Positions 14,587 to 25,600 of a stretch of 64,000 nucleotides of DNA are shown piece by piece. The DNA is from Desulfobacterales bacterium (GTDB lineage: Bacteria; Desulfobacterota; Desulfobacteria; Desulfobacterales; UBA2174): assembly GCA_963668645.2 (NCBI GenBank), contig CAXXWC010000018.1, positions 32,001 to 96,000 of the forward strand. Direction: 5' to 3'. The notes under the pieces are model-generated. The model saw only the letters and a list, made by a program, of their open reading frames with translations. It did no database searches and was not told where the DNA came from. A program made the position numbers and the translations under genes. Position 1 is the first letter of the stretch; each line of letters opens with the position of its first letter.

Positions 14587-15270
14587 TTAGAGTTCTTTTC
14601 CCGCCATCCGATCCTGGAGCCCCTCCCAGGCCTTGAGTCGACTGCTGCTTCCGGTCAATTTGCCCCGGCCCCGCTCTTTGGCCAGCCACAGTCCTGTGCC
14701 GTTAAAGCTGAAAATGGGCATCAGATCCTTTCGGCGGGAAGCCGGGGCGATGGTGTCGATCAGGTTGTCCAGAACCAGCGGTTCGGCTCCCGGGTGGCTG
14801 TAATAGGTCAACACCATATGGTGTATGTTGTACTGCAATGCCTTTACATAGGTGATGTTGAGTCGGTCTTCGGCCACGCCCATGGCCTTGAGGGTAAAAA
14901 ATTTGGCAATGGCAAAATCCTCGCAGTCACCCGCCGCACGGGCGATCAATTCATAGGGGGTGGCCCAGTAGTCTTTGACCCCGTAAAGATCGACGTCGTT
15001 GACGAACCGGATCATGCCGTTGAAAAACGCGTTGACCTTTTCGAGCTTTTCACGGTCTGCGGGGCTGGCATCCTGGCGGATCAAATTCTGCCATTGCAGC
15101 AAGCGCGATACCGCATCCTGGCCGTATTTTTCTTTGGCCGTTTTGAGCACCCGCTGGCTGATCTGGAAAGGCTCCCGAGGCGAGACCGGGGCGGACAGAA
15201 ATGCCCATCCTCCCAGCGCCAGCAACAGGAGTGCCCGGTTTCTGATTTGAAGGCGCGGCAATGCGATCAT
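14587..15270 (-). CDS. lapG: LapG-type transglutaminase-like periplasmic cysteine protease
   Basis: Signal peptide; DYWATP; GDCEDFAIAK; HMVL; LVLDN; PIFSFN. Confidence 0.93.
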   Translation of the reverse strand: MIALPRLQIRNRALLLLALGGWAFLSAPVSPREPFQISQRVLKTAKEKYGQDAVSRLLQWQNLIRQDASPADREKLEKVNAFFNGMIRFVNDVDLYGVKDYWATPYELIARAAGDCEDFAIAKFFTLKAMGVAEDRLNITYVKALQYNIHHMVLTYYSHPGAEPLVLDNLIDTIAPASRRKDLMPIFSFNGTGLWLAKERGRGKLTGSSSRLKAWEGLQDRMAGKEL

Positions 15271-15401
15271 CAAAGAGGCACCTCGTGACAGGCCGCAACG
15301 GGGCGTGGCGTCGCGGCCTGTCTGGAGCCGGGTACCAACGAAGACTCCCTGCAAAAGGCTTTTCAGGGGATTTTATCGCTTTGTCGGTCCGGGGACAATC
15401 T

Positions 15402-16760
15402 TCACGGCAAGGCAGGCCGCATCTCAGAGGCTGCAGGGACCACGAAGCCCTCCGATTTCGTCTCGTCTACCAGACTCTCTTCTGGCCATTCGAGGCCAAG
15501 GGTGTGTACCAGCTTGCCCATGGCGCCAAGGACGCGGTATTCGGCGTACGTTTTATCGTAGAGGGCACCGACCAGGTCGGATTTGGCGTTGATGTACTCG
15601 GCCTGGGTGTCGAGCACATCGAACATGGTGCGCCGTCCCACCATCCACTGTTTGACGAAGGCATCCACCGTCATGCCGGCGGCTTCGACGTATTTTTGCA
15701 GATGGACGGTCTTTCGGGTGGTCGCTTTGTAAGCCTCCCAGGAGAGGCGGATCGATTGGATCGCCTGGCGTTTGGTATTCTTGTAAATCTCGTTCGCTTC
15801 CTTGATCTGGTTCAAGGTTTCGGCGATCCGCGCGCTGTCGTAGCCGCCATTGAAGATATTGAGGCGCATCACGGTGGCAGCGGTGAATTCTTCGCTGTAG
15901 CCCTCCCGATCCACGTCGTTCTCCCAGCTGTAGTCGGCCGTCAGATCGAGTTTCGGGTAGGCGTCACTTTTGGCGGTTTTATACTGAAACTCTCGTGCCT
16001 CCAGGTCTGCCCGGGCCGACTTGATCAGGGGGTAGTTGCCGATGGTCAGTTCTATCGCCTTTTCAATGTTTTCGGGTAAATCGACATCCGCCGGGCCTGG
16101 TTTGATCAGCGCCGCGGGGGGGATGCCGATCACGGCGAGGTAGTCGGTTTTGGCGTCCTCCAAATTTGCGAGGGTGACCACGATATTTGACTGGGCCAGA
16201 GCAAGACGCCCCATGACCTGGTCAAGATCGGCTTTGCGCTCGACTCCCGATTCGCTGCGCAGCTTCATCTGGTCGTAAATTCTCTGGTGGTTGACGAGGT
16301 TCTCCTGGGCCAGTTCGTGCAGTTCCTCGGCCCGCAGCACATTCAGATAGGCCTTGGCAGCTTGCAAAGAGACGTATTCTGAGTTGGCCTGGATCAGGTA
16401 GGCCTGGGATTTGACGCGCGATTTCTGCCTCTGGACCTCGTTGGTCGTCACCCCGAAGCTGAAAAGGTTCTGGCGCAACCCGAGAACGGATGAGCGTGGA
16501 TATAAATCTTGGCGGAACGGATGTTCCTGGCGGTTGGCGCCGATTCCCGCGGTGAGGCCCAGGGTCGGAAAGAATCCGGCACGCGCCTTTTCAACTTCCT
16601 GATCGCGGGCCAGGCGGTTGTATGCGTTGGCCCGAATCTCTGGATTGGTGGCCAATACATGGCCGATGGCATCGTGGAGCGTATCCGCCAGAGCGATTTG
16701 GTCCGCAACGGCCAAGAAGCTTATCAAGATAAGGGGCAATCGTTTCAGCCATATCTTCAT
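15402..16760 (-). CDS. lapE: TolC-family T1SS outer membrane protein (LapE-like)
   Basis: Signal peptide; AGFFPTLGL; YPKLDL; GRRTMFDVLD; position in the lap cluster. Confidence 0.9.
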   Translation of the reverse strand: MKIWLKRLPLILISFLAVADQIALADTLHDAIGHVLATNPEIRANAYNRLARDQEVEKARAGFFPTLGLTAGIGANRQEHPFRQDLYPRSSVLGLRQNLFSFGVTTNEVQRQKSRVKSQAYLIQANSEYVSLQAAKAYLNVLRAEELHELAQENLVNHQRIYDQMKLRSESGVERKADLDQVMGRLALAQSNIVVTLANLEDAKTDYLAVIGIPPAALIKPGPADVDLPENIEKAIELTIGNYPLIKSARADLEAREFQYKTAKSDAYPKLDLTADYSWENDVDREGYSEEFTAATVMRLNIFNGGYDSARIAETLNQIKEANEIYKNTKRQAIQSIRLSWEAYKATTRKTVHLQKYVEAAGMTVDAFVKQWMVGRRTMFDVLDTQAEYINAKSDLVGALYDKTYAEYRVLGAMGKLVHTLGLEWPEESLVDETKSEGFVVPAASEMRPALP

Positions 16761-16779
16761 GACGGTGTCCTCTCTTTCC

Positions 16780-17130
16780 TTTTGGCTCCTGCCGCGATTC
16801 CAGACAGACTTTCTCGATAACTTTCTAGGCTAGATGGCGGATCAACACAGGCTGAATTGTACCATTCTTACTATTTTAATTCTTTCTAAAACAGGGCCAA
16901 CAGGGCTGACAAGAAGAAGTTGATTTTTTTGTTGAAATATTATGCCATTTGACTCGGACATGAATATGGAACCTAAGCATTCCCCTGAAATATTTCAAGT
17001 AAAATTTTTACGGTTTCCAATATTAGACAAGACGTCAATCGGACACAGGTTCAAACAAGTGCATCGAATTGAATCGTGGCAAAAATTTTGTTAATTTTTA
17101 ATGAAGATTTTGGATGACTTGACCGCGCTA
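16780..17130. promoter_or_regulatory. AT-rich upstream region of lapE, containing a perfect palindrome TGAAATATTTCA (16986-16997)
   Basis: Marked drop in GC; non-coding; 12-bp palindrome read directly. Confidence 0.5.
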
Positions 17131-17168
17131 CGCCATGGCGGTCCAAAAGAAACCCCCGGGCAGGGGAG

Positions 17169-18797
17169 TTATTCATCGGTCGGCGCACCTCCGGGGGCCA
17201 CGATGCCTCGACGTTCAAGGAGTGAACCGTCCTGGCGGTAGAGCTCGACCAGAGCCTTGAGGTAGTCGGTCAGGGCGCCGACCTCGGCGATGCGGCTGGC
17301 CAGCAGATCGCGCTGGGCCTGGGCCACGAGGAAGCTGGTGGACTTGCCCACCCGCAGCTTTTCGGTTTCGATGCGCAGCTTCTCTTCGTCCAAGCGCCGG
17401 GTGGCGGCCGAAGCGTCAATCTGTTGCCGGGTGCGGCGCACCTCAATACAGGCGGCACGCACATCGACTTCCACCAGTTGGCAGAGGTTTTCCAGGGCCC
17501 TGCGGGCCTGATCGCGGGATTTGAGGGCGTGCCGGTGAAGGGCACCGGCCTTTCGGTTGGCCAGCGGATAGGCGATCCGGACCCCCGCCAGGGCGTCGAA
17601 ACCGTCTCGGTCCAGATCCTCCACCGCAGCTGCGAATGAATGGGCATAGCCACTCTTTGCGATAGTGATAAAAAAATCCATCACCGGAAGCAGGCCGTTG
17701 CGGGTCCGGATAATCTCCAAATCACCGCGTTGGATCGCCAGGCGCGCCTGATTGACCATCGGATGTCGCCTCAGGGCTGCGGTCACGTGTTTGGCCGCAT
17801 CCGCCACCACGACTTCGGGGGCTGCTGCGGCATGGATCACTTCCACTTCCCGATCCCAGACGGCGGCCAACGGCGGATTGATCAGCCGCAGCAGGCGCAG
17901 GCGGATGGTCTCCTTTCTGGCTTGGGCCTCGATCAGCGCTTGTTCCTGGGCCGCGACCTCGGCCCGCACGGCCGCGAGTTCGGCTCTTGCCAGGCGGCCG
18001 ACGGAGATCAATTCCTCGGTTTCCCGCAGCTGTTGGCGAACCACTGTAAGTGATTTTTCCACGATCTCGATACGCCGGCGTGCCAGGGCATAGTCCCAAA
18101 AGGTGTTTTCGACCTCCGCCACCAGGGTTTCGGCAAAGCTTCGCAGTTCGAATTCCGACATTCGGGTGTCGAGCCGGGCTTGATCCAGCCGGGCCAGGTT
18201 CACCTGTCTGCCTGCACCCTGCAAGAGGGGCTGGGTGGCCGTCAGGCCCAGGCGGGTGGACTGAAGCCTCCTTTGTTTATACGAGGCATCCTCCATCTGG
18301 GTCCCGGCCTCCACGGCCAGCGTGGCGCCGGTGGGAAACAACCGGGTCAGTGAGATCATTCCGTCCAGAGTATCGGTGGTAAAGGCGGTCAAACGGGATT
18401 CGGAGTCCTCGAGGCGCTCGCCTCGAGTCCGGCCCACGGCCGTCTCGAGGTTCAGTACCGGATCAAAATCGGATTGCACCTGGTCTTCGAAGGTTTGCTG
18501 AATCTCGGGCACCAAACGCTGGACCACCAGGGAGCGGTTGTGTTCCAGACAAAGCATCCTGGCATCGTGGATGCTGATCTGCAATGGCCCTGTGTCCGCA
18601 GGGGGCAGGGCCGCCATCCCATCGCGCTGTTCGGTTGCTGCCGGTTTCATCGCAATGTCCCTTTGGACCGTTCGCGCCGGTCCGCCGATCCCTTTTTCAC
18701 TCCATACTGTGATTGGGGCGCAGGAGGCGGCCACCGCCAGCCAGCAGATCCCCGCCGCCAGGATGAGTTTGCGTTTGCCCGGACCGATAGCCGGCAT
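17169..18797 (-). CDS. TolC-family outer membrane efflux lipoprotein
   Basis: Lipobox-like VAASC; QPLLQGAG; E.EKLRVGKST; divergent from MFP/RND genes. Confidence 0.88.
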   Translation of the reverse strand: MPAIGPGKRKLILAAGICWLAVAASCAPITVWSEKGIGGPARTVQRDIAMKPAATEQRDGMAALPPADTGPLQISIHDARMLCLEHNRSLVVQRLVPEIQQTFEDQVQSDFDPVLNLETAVGRTRGERLEDSESRLTAFTTDTLDGMISLTRLFPTGATLAVEAGTQMEDASYKQRRLQSTRLGLTATQPLLQGAGRQVNLARLDQARLDTRMSEFELRSFAETLVAEVENTFWDYALARRRIEIVEKSLTVVRQQLRETEELISVGRLARAELAAVRAEVAAQEQALIEAQARKETIRLRLLRLINPPLAAVWDREVEVIHAAAAPEVVVADAAKHVTAALRRHPMVNQARLAIQRGDLEIIRTRNGLLPVMDFFITIAKSGYAHSFAAAVEDLDRDGFDALAGVRIAYPLANRKAGALHRHALKSRDQARRALENLCQLVEVDVRAACIEVRRTRQQIDASAATRRLDEEKLRIETEKLRVGKSTSFLVAQAQRDLLASRIAEVGALTDYLKALVELYRQDGSLLERRGIVAPGGAPTDE

Positions 18798-19079
18798 ATG
18801 CGCTACACCCCTTTCGATTGCAAGTTCGAGCGTCATCGGCAAGCGCGCGGTGCGCGGGCCTGTCCACCCCATGGGCTGATATTCTTCTAGGCCATCTCGG
18901 CCTTTTCATCAAATCATTTTCCCTTATCCATGCTAAAGTGCAAAGGATCGATTTTTCTTGCAGCCCTATTTTCAAAAAGGCAATATCGCCATTGCCGGCG
19001 CGGCCCGGAGCTGATTTCCAGTATGATCCGAGAGATCCGCTGCGCTGCCGGTTACCCCATCCGCAATGAGGTGCCCCTT

Positions 19080-20294
19080 ATGGCAGGGAATGGCTCGAAA
19101 ACCAGAATTTTCTTCCTGGTCTTTATCGCCGGGGCGGCACTGGCTGGCTGGGCGATATTTCTTCAGATCGTCAACCACAGCGGCGAGCAGGCCGGCAGCG
19201 TGGCCCACGGTCCGGTGCCGGTGGAGGTCGCACCCGTGAAGCAGGGGCCGATCATGCGCCGGCATACTTTCAGCGGCGAGTTGGAGGCCAGGGCCGAATT
19301 CATGGTGGCGCCGAAAGTCGGTGGCCGGGTCGAACGCGTCATGGTCAACATCGCCGATACCGTGGTGCGCGGCCAGGTTGTGGCTGAACTGGACAACGAT
19401 GAGTATGTCCAGGCGGTCGTTCAAACCAAGGCCGACCTGCTCGTGGCCAAGGCCAATCTGTCCGAGGCCCGAAGCGCCCTGGAGATCGCCGATCGCGAGT
19501 TCAAACGCACCGCCTCCCTTTTGAAGACCGGGATCGCTTCGGATTCCGACTACGATGCCGCGCGCAAGGAGCAGCTGGCCAAGCAGGCTCAGCTCGAGGT
19601 GGCCGCCGCCCAGGTGGCCAAGGCCGCGGCCGTGCTGGAGACCGCCAACATCCGGCTCGGCTACACCCAGGTCATCGCAGGCTGGAGCGGCGGCGACGAG
19701 CACCGGGTGGTGGCCGAACGTTTCGTGGACGAAGGGCAGACCGTGGCGGCCAATGCGCCGCTGCTTTCCATCGTCGAACTGCATCCCATTGTGGGGATCG
19801 TCTTTGTTACCGAAAGGGATTATGCCCATCTGGCCCCCGGGCAGCCCGTGGCGCTTTTTACTGATGCCTACCCGGGGGAGTCCTTTGCCGGCCGTATCGA
19901 TCGTATCGCTCCGGTTTTCCGGCAATCGACCCGCCAGGCGCGGGTTGAGATGGTGGTTCAAAATCCCCGCCACCGGCTCAAACCCGGGATGTTCATACGC
20001 GCCACCGTCGTTCTTGAGCAGGTGGCCGAAGCGACCCTGGTGCCGGCCCAGGCTTTGACCACGCGCGCCGACCGCACCGGCGTTTTCCTTGTCAGCGGGG
20101 ACGGGCGTTCCGTGCGCTGGCGGGAGGTTGCGGTGGGGATTCGCGAGGACCAGTGGGTGCAGGTGGACGGGGCAGATCTGGCCGGAAGAGTCGTTACCCT
20201 GGGCCAGGAACTGGTCGAAGACGGCGCTGCGATTACGATTCCCGGGGCGGGCTCCAAAACATCGCCGGTTCCCGCCAAGGACGCCTCTCGATGA
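19080..20294 (+). CDS. RND efflux periplasmic adaptor (MFP)
   Basis: N-terminal [22 protein letters not shown]. Confidence 0.92.
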   Translation: MAGNGSKTRIFFLVFIAGAALAGWAIFLQIVNHSGEQAGSVAHGPVPVEVAPVKQGPIMRRHTFSGELEARAEFMVAPKVGGRVERVMVNIADTVVRGQVVAELDNDEYVQAVVQTKADLLVAKANLSEARSALEIADREFKRTASLLKTGIASDSDYDAARKEQLAKQAQLEVAAAQVAKAAAVLETANIRLGYTQVIAGWSGGDEHRVVAERFVDEGQTVAANAPLLSIVELHPIVGIVFVTERDYAHLAPGQPVALFTDAYPGESFAGRIDRIAPVFRQSTRQARVEMVVQNPRHRLKPGMFIRATVVLEQVAEATLVPAQALTTRADRTGVFLVSGDGRSVRWREVAVGIREDQWVQVDGADLAGRVVTLGQELVEDGAAITIPGAGSKTSPVPAKDASR

Positions 20295-23200
20295 ACCTGC
20301 CGAGCTTCAGTGTTCGAAGGCCGGTTTTTACCACCATGACGGCTCTGATCCTGGTGATTCTCGGATTTGTGGCCTTGACCAGGCTCCAGATCGACATGCT
20401 GCCCAACATCGAGCTGACCACCCTGACCATCCGCGCCGAATACGAGGGGGCCAGCCCCGCGGTGATGGAGCGGCTGGTAACCCAGGTTATCGAGGAGGTC
20501 GTAGCGACCGTGCCGGGGGTGGAACAGATTAATTCCACCTCCTCGGAGGGCCAGAGCCGAATCCGGGTTACTTTTATCTGGGGCACGTCCATCGATACGG
20601 CGGCCATCGACGTGCAGGGCCGGATCGAAGACGAAATCGAGGAGCTGCCCGAGGATATCGCCCGCCCGCAGATCCGTAAATTCGATATTGCCAGTTTCCC
20701 TGTGGTCATTTTGGGCATTTCCAGCAGCCTGGATCCGGTGGCCCTCACCGAGTTGATCGAGGTTCAGGTCCGCAATCGCTTCGCCCGTATTCCGGGGGTG
20801 GCCCAGGTGGATATCTGGGGCGGGTTTAACCGCGAGATCCGTATCGCCCTGGATCCCGACCGCCTCAAGGCGGTGGGGTTGTCGCTGGACCGGGTAATCA
20901 AGGCCGTCGGCGATGCCAACCTCGATCTTCCGGCCGGAAAAATCGAAGAGGGCCGTTACGAGGTTACCCTGCGTGCACCGGCGGAATTCACCAGCCTGGA
21001 TCAGATCGGCGAGACCGTGATTTCCCGGCGGGACGGGGCTGTGGTTACCCTGGGGCAGATCGCCGAAATTCAGGATACTTACGAAAAACGAACACGCATC
21101 GTACGGGTCAACGGCGAACGGGGGCTGCGGGTCGGCATCCGAAAGCAGGCCAGTGCCAACACGGTCGAGGTCTCCCGGCGTATTCTAACGGAGATTGCGG
21201 CCGTCAACCGGGCATTCCCGCAGATTTCGGTGGTCCCGGTGATCAATCAGGGCAACTTCATTCAGCGCTCCATCGCCAACGTCGCCGGTTCGGTTCTCTA
21301 CGGAGGCGGGCTGGCCATCGTGGTGCTGCTCTTTTTCCTGCGCAACATCCGCAGCACCCTGATCATTTCCCTTTCGATCCCCATCTCCATTATCGCCACT
21401 TTCGCACTGATTTTCTTTGCCGGATTTACCCTCAACCTCATGACCCTCGGCGGCCTGGCCCTGGGGGTGGGCATGATGGTCGACAGCTCCATCGTCGTGC
21501 TGGAGAATATCTTTCGGCGCCGCGCGGAGAACGGGGAAGCACCGTTTACCGCCGCGGTGGAAGGGGCACGGGAGGTCGGGCCGGCCATTGTCGCCAGCAC
21601 CCTGACCACCCTGGCCATTTTTTTGCCGCTCAGTTTTGTACGCGGCGTTTCGGGAGCTCTTTTTAAGGAATTGGCCTGCGTCGTTATCTTCGCCTTGGTT
21701 TGCTCGCTGTTGGTCGCCTTGACCCTGGTGCCCATGCTGGCCTCACGGCTTTTGAGCACCGTGGGGCCGGCCCAGACCTTGCCGCGTCCTCGGATCCAGC
21801 GCTGGGCCGGCACCGCCCTGGCCCTTTTCAAGGGGCTGGAAGCCGCGTATCTCGATTTGCTGCGAAGCGCGCTGGCCCATCGGTTCGTTACCGTTTTGGC
21901 GGCCATGGCCATGCTGGGGGCCAGCCTGCTGCTGCTTCCCCTGATCGGCAGTGAGTTCATGCCTCCCAGCGACGAAGGCGAAGTGCGCGTCACCGGCAAG
22001 ATGGAAATCGGCACCCGCCTCGACCTGGTCGATGGTCAGACCCGCATCATGGAGGCCATCGTCCAGGCGGCGGTGCCCGAAACCCAGGCCTCGGTAGTGA
22101 GCGTGGGGGCCACCGGGTGGCGCGCGGATGCCGGTTCGGAGGGCGAAATTCGCCTTTCCCTGCTTCCGGCAACCCGGCGCGATCGCTCCAACGTGCAGAT
22201 CGCCCATGATCTGCGCCAGCGCCTGGCCGGCCGGGTCCCCGGGATGGAGATTCGCACCCGGGCGCCCCAGGGGCAGTTCCTGCTCGATCGCCTGCTTGGC
22301 GGAGATGAAGGGCTGACCGTGGAAATCCGAGGCCCGGAATTGGCTGCCCTGGACGCTCTGGCCCAGCGGGTGGTCGCCGAGGTGGTCGACGTGCCGGGGA
22401 TCACCGACGTGCAGCGCAGTATCGAAGCCGGTATCCCCCAGCAGGCGTTCCGGATCAATCGCGAAAAGGTGGCCGACCTCGGCCTGAGCGTGCGAGATTT
22501 GACCGAAATGCTGCAGACCGCAGTGGCCGGTGCCAAGGCCGGGGAGTACCGCACCGGAGGCAATGCGCATCGCATCTGGGTGCAGCTCAAGGATGCGGAA
22601 AAACGCTCCTTGGACGAGATCCTCGATCTTACCCTGACGACGGCTTCCGGCGAAGTGGTGGCGTTGCGCAACCTGGTGACGGTCGAGGCGAGCCGCGGCC
22701 CGCTGCTCATCGAGCGCCAGGATCAGCAGCGCCGGGTCACTGTCCAGGCTAATCTATCCGGGCGGGATATGGGGTCGGTGGCCCGGGAGGTTCAGGCCCG
22801 CCTGGATGGTATCCCGAGGCCGGTGGACTATACGCTGACGGTCTCCGGCACGTACGAAGAGCAGCAAAAAGCCTTCCGGGAATTGCTGGTTTCCCTGGTC
22901 CTGGCGCTGGTCCTGGTCTACATGGTGCTCGCCTGCCAATACGAATCGCTGCGAGATCCCCTGGTGGTGATGTTTTCCGTGCCCCTGGCGGCCGTGGGAG
23001 TGCTGGTGACCCTGTTCTTGACCGCCACGACCCTCAACGTGCAGTCTTTCATCGGCTGCATCATGCTCGGTGGAATCGCGGTCAACAACGCGATCCTGCT
23101 GGTGGACCAAGCCGCCCACCTGATAGGCGGGGGAATGGAGATCCGGCAGGCCCTGGTCGAGGCCGGCCGCCGCCGCTTGCGCCCGATCCTGATGACCACC

Positions 23201-23365
23201 TTGACCACTATTCTCGGTCTTCTGCCCCTGGCGCTGGGGGTGGGCGAAGGGGCCGAAGCTCAAGCCCCCCTGGCCCGGGCGGTGGTGGGCGGGCTGGCGA
23301 CCTCCACCCTGATTACCCTGGTTCTGATTCCGGCCCTTTACTCCCTGTTCCACCGCGGGCGGTGA
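20291..23365 (+). CDS. RND efflux permease (AcrB/CzcA superfamily)
   Basis: [33 protein letters not shown] overlap with the MFP gene. Confidence 0.95.
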   Translation: MNLPSFSVRRPVFTTMTALILVILGFVALTRLQIDMLPNIELTTLTIRAEYEGASPAVMERLVTQVIEEVVATVPGVEQINSTSSEGQSRIRVTFIWGTSIDTAAIDVQGRIEDEIEELPEDIARPQIRKFDIASFPVVILGISSSLDPVALTELIEVQVRNRFARIPGVAQVDIWGGFNREIRIALDPDRLKAVGLSLDRVIKAVGDANLDLPAGKIEEGRYEVTLRAPAEFTSLDQIGETVISRRDGAVVTLGQIAEIQDTYEKRTRIVRVNGERGLRVGIRKQASANTVEVSRRILTEIAAVNRAFPQISVVPVINQGNFIQRSIANVAGSVLYGGGLAIVVLLFFLRNIRSTLIISLSIPISIIATFALIFFAGFTLNLMTLGGLALGVGMMVDSSIVVLENIFRRRAENGEAPFTAAVEGAREVGPAIVASTLTTLAIFLPLSFVRGVSGALFKELACVVIFALVCSLLVALTLVPMLASRLLSTVGPAQTLPRPRIQRWAGTALALFKGLEAAYLDLLRSALAHRFVTVLAAMAMLGASLLLLPLIGSEFMPPSDEGEVRVTGKMEIGTRLDLVDGQTRIMEAIVQAAVPETQASVVSVGATGWRADAGSEGEIRLSLLPATRRDRSNVQIAHDLRQRLAGRVPGMEIRTRAPQGQFLLDRLLGGDEGLTVEIRGPELAALDALAQRVVAEVVDVPGITDVQRSIEAGIPQQAFRINREKVADLGLSVRDLTEMLQTAVAGAKAGEYRTGGNAHRIWVQLKDAEKRSLDEILDLTLTTASGEVVALRNLVTVEASRGPLLIERQDQQRRVTVQANLSGRDMGSVAREVQARLDGIPRPVDYTLTVSGTYEEQQKAFRELLVSLVLALVLVYMVLACQYESLRDPLVVMFSVPLAAVGVLVTLFLTATTLNVQSFIGCIMLGGIAVNNAILLVDQAAHLIGGGMEIRQALVEAGRRRLRPILMTTLTTILGLLPLALGVGEGAEAQAPLARAVVGGLATSTLITLVLIPALYSLFHRGR

Positions 23366-23388
23366 AGGTGTGAATCGGATTCGATCGT

Positions 23389-23601
23389 CTAGTTGTTAGA
23401 CCGGCAAACGGTATAGGTTTCAGACCCGTTTTCTTTGGCGCACGAGACCATTGTGGCCAGCACCCGCTGAAAGCGATCCAGGGCCTTGCAGGTCTCCATG
23501 CACCGGGGGAAGTCACAATGCCTCGGGCAGCCGCGACAGGGGCTGCGAGTCACATCGCCCACCTCGAAATCGAATGCGACCTTGATGATTTCGCGTTTCA
23601 T
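23389..23601 (-). CDS. Small Cys-rich hypothetical protein
   Basis: 70 aa; FDFEVG...SPCRGC..CDFPRC..C; GGAGG RBS. Confidence 0.7.
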   Translation of the reverse strand: MKREIIKVAFDFEVGDVTRSPCRGCPRHCDFPRCMETCKALDRFQRVLATMVSCAKENGSETYTVCRSNN

Positions 23602-23855
23602 GGCGTCCTCCTCGGTCGGGGTTGTCTTTGCTTATCAGCAGAGCTGATGCTTCCGATCTTCCCCCTACCCGACGCGTATCAACGCCGCTATGGGACAGCG
23701 CACGGGAAAACTGTGACATTCTACCCAAGAGCGGGGCGATGACGTTGACAATTTCTGTTTGCAGGTTAGGTTAGGCCACGTTGCGCCAACCCGATCAATA
23801 TGCGGGCATTTTTGACGAAATACGTCTGCCACCTCAACCTTTTTGGAGGAAATCC

Positions 23856-24533
23856 ATGGCCATCGAAACCTTGGAAGAAGTGCGCCAGAGAGTCTTCAGT
23901 ATGACCAAGCCCCATTGTCCTGCCTGTGGGCAGGAAATGACCATTTACGAAGTGCCGCCGATCAATTTCAGCGATGGACTCGGATGGGGGGAGCCGTACC
24001 TGTTCATCTGCTTCAACGATGAGTGCTCCCTTTACAAAAGCGGCTGGGATCACATCAACGAAACCTATGCCCATAATGCCTCCTACCGGCAGATGTGCTA
24101 CCCGAGTTCGGGGGTCTTCGAGGTCATGCCGGTGTTCGGGCCGGATGGGGGCAAGGGGCAGATCATCGACGATGAGGTCCGGGCGGCCGAGGAGGCCCTC
24201 AAGGAGAACATCAAACGGGGGTTCAATATCCTGGCCCAGTGTTACGTCGACAAGGATGGGGTGACCATGCTGCGCTTGTTGATGGACCCGACCGAACCGG
24301 TGCGGGTGAGGCTCAAAGCCGCCGAGATGATCGGTGACATCGGCGAACTGGAAGCGATCGAGCCGATCCGCAACCTGCGGGTGGGCAATGAAAAGCTCCA
24401 GGAGGCGGTCGACAAGGCGGTCGGCCATATTCACGAGCGCTTCTTTACCCGTGAATGTCCTTTCTGTGCCGAGATCATCAAACGCCGGGCCAAGGTGTGC
24501 AAGCACTGCGGCAAGGATGTGGCGGGGGTCTGA
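23856..24533 (+). CDS. Zinc-ribbon plus HEAT-like repeat protein
   Basis: N-terminal CPAC...CFNDEC; VRLKAAEMIG helical repeat; C-terminal CPFCAE...CKHCG; GGAGG RBS. Confidence 0.8.
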   Translation: MAIETLEEVRQRVFSMTKPHCPACGQEMTIYEVPPINFSDGLGWGEPYLFICFNDECSLYKSGWDHINETYAHNASYRQMCYPSSGVFEVMPVFGPDGGKGQIIDDEVRAAEEALKENIKRGFNILAQCYVDKDGVTMLRLLMDPTEPVRVRLKAAEMIGDIGELEAIEPIRNLRVGNEKLQEAVDKAVGHIHERFFTRECPFCAEIIKRRAKVCKHCGKDVAGV

Positions 24534-24589
24534 TTCATTTTAAGCGATGAGTTTCGGGCTCACCTGGAAGGCCTGAAGCGAGGTGGTTC

Positions 24590-25411
24590 TTGGCTCTTTC
24601 CGTGGTCGATCTTTACCGGGAGGTTCTGCCGCGCACCAATTGCGGTGATTGCGGTTACCCGACCTGCCTGGCTTTTGCCAGTATGGTGGTGTCGGAAAAA
24701 CTGCCTCTTGCCCGGTGTCCCCACCTTGTCCCGGAAGTCGTGGTCCGACATCAACCCGAGCTCGATGCCCAGCACGCGGCGGGTAAGTGGACCCGCCGCG
24801 ATCTGGTCGCCGACGCGCTGACGTGGGCGCGCCAACGGGCTGCCTCCATGGATTTGGCCGATCTGCCCGGGCGCATCGGCGGGGTGCTGAGCGAGGCGGC
24901 CGGTGAGACGGTTCTGGCGCTGCCCTATTTCGAAGGGGTGATCCATATCGGCCGTAGCGCAATCAGGCATCCGGACGGCAGTGATCTGGGCCGCTGGGAG
25001 CAAGTGTTTATTTTAAACCACCTGGCCCAGGGCGGATCACGCCATCCCACCGGCCGCTGGAAAGCGCTCCAGGAATTTCCCAACACGGTCTCCAAGATCA
25101 AGTCCACGGGCACCCATGTGGAAGCCCCGTTGCGCGAGCGCTTCAGCGGCCGCCGGGATGAACTGGCCTCGAGGGCCTTGGCTTTGGGAGGCATTGATCT
25201 GACGGCCGAGACCGCCTCGGCCGATCTGGCCGTCCGCTTTCAGCCCCTGCCCCGGGTTCCGGTGATGCTTCTTTTCTGGGATGCGGATTGCGAATCTGGA
25301 TTTGAAGCCGAAGTCAAGCTTTCCTTTGACGAGACCATCGTCGAACACCTCGACATCGAGTCGATCATGTTTCTCAGCGAGCATCTGGCAAAGCGGCTGA
25401 TAGCCGATTGA
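24590..25411 (+). CDS. DUF3786-like protein with an N-terminal FeS domain
   Basis: LPRTNCGDCGYPTCLAFA...CP (RnfB/AcsC-type FeS domain); PLPRVP..LFWDAD..FEAE..LSFD. Confidence 0.82.
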   Translation: MALSVVDLYREVLPRTNCGDCGYPTCLAFASMVVSEKLPLARCPHLVPEVVVRHQPELDAQHAAGKWTRRDLVADALTWARQRAASMDLADLPGRIGGVLSEAAGETVLALPYFEGVIHIGRSAIRHPDGSDLGRWEQVFILNHLAQGGSRHPTGRWKALQEFPNTVSKIKSTGTHVEAPLRERFSGRRDELASRALALGGIDLTAETASADLAVRFQPLPRVPVMLLFWDADCESGFEAEVKLSFDETIVEHLDIESIMFLSEHLAKRLIAD

Positions 25412-25600
25412 TTCGCGCCGGTGTGCGAACATCGAAACAGTTGACCATGAATGGGATTTTGCGGCGTGCGTCTTGATGTCAAGCCTTCTATCCAGGTAAG
25501 ATGCCCGGTGACCGGCAAAGCGGCCTTTATCGAACCATCGGTGAGCCGGCCCGGGCTCTGTTTCGCACCTCGTGAAGAAAATCCGTAACCGGTGACGTTC

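Noticed and set aside
17077..17092. Sigma-54 promoter-like TGGCAAAAATTTTGTT
   Set aside because: The -12 element is GT rather than GC, and it points at the 3' end of a convergent gene.
16780..17160. c-di-GMP riboswitch upstream of the lap genes
   Set aside because: No GEMM-type GGCAAA/GAAA/GACGCAAA elements seen on either strand.
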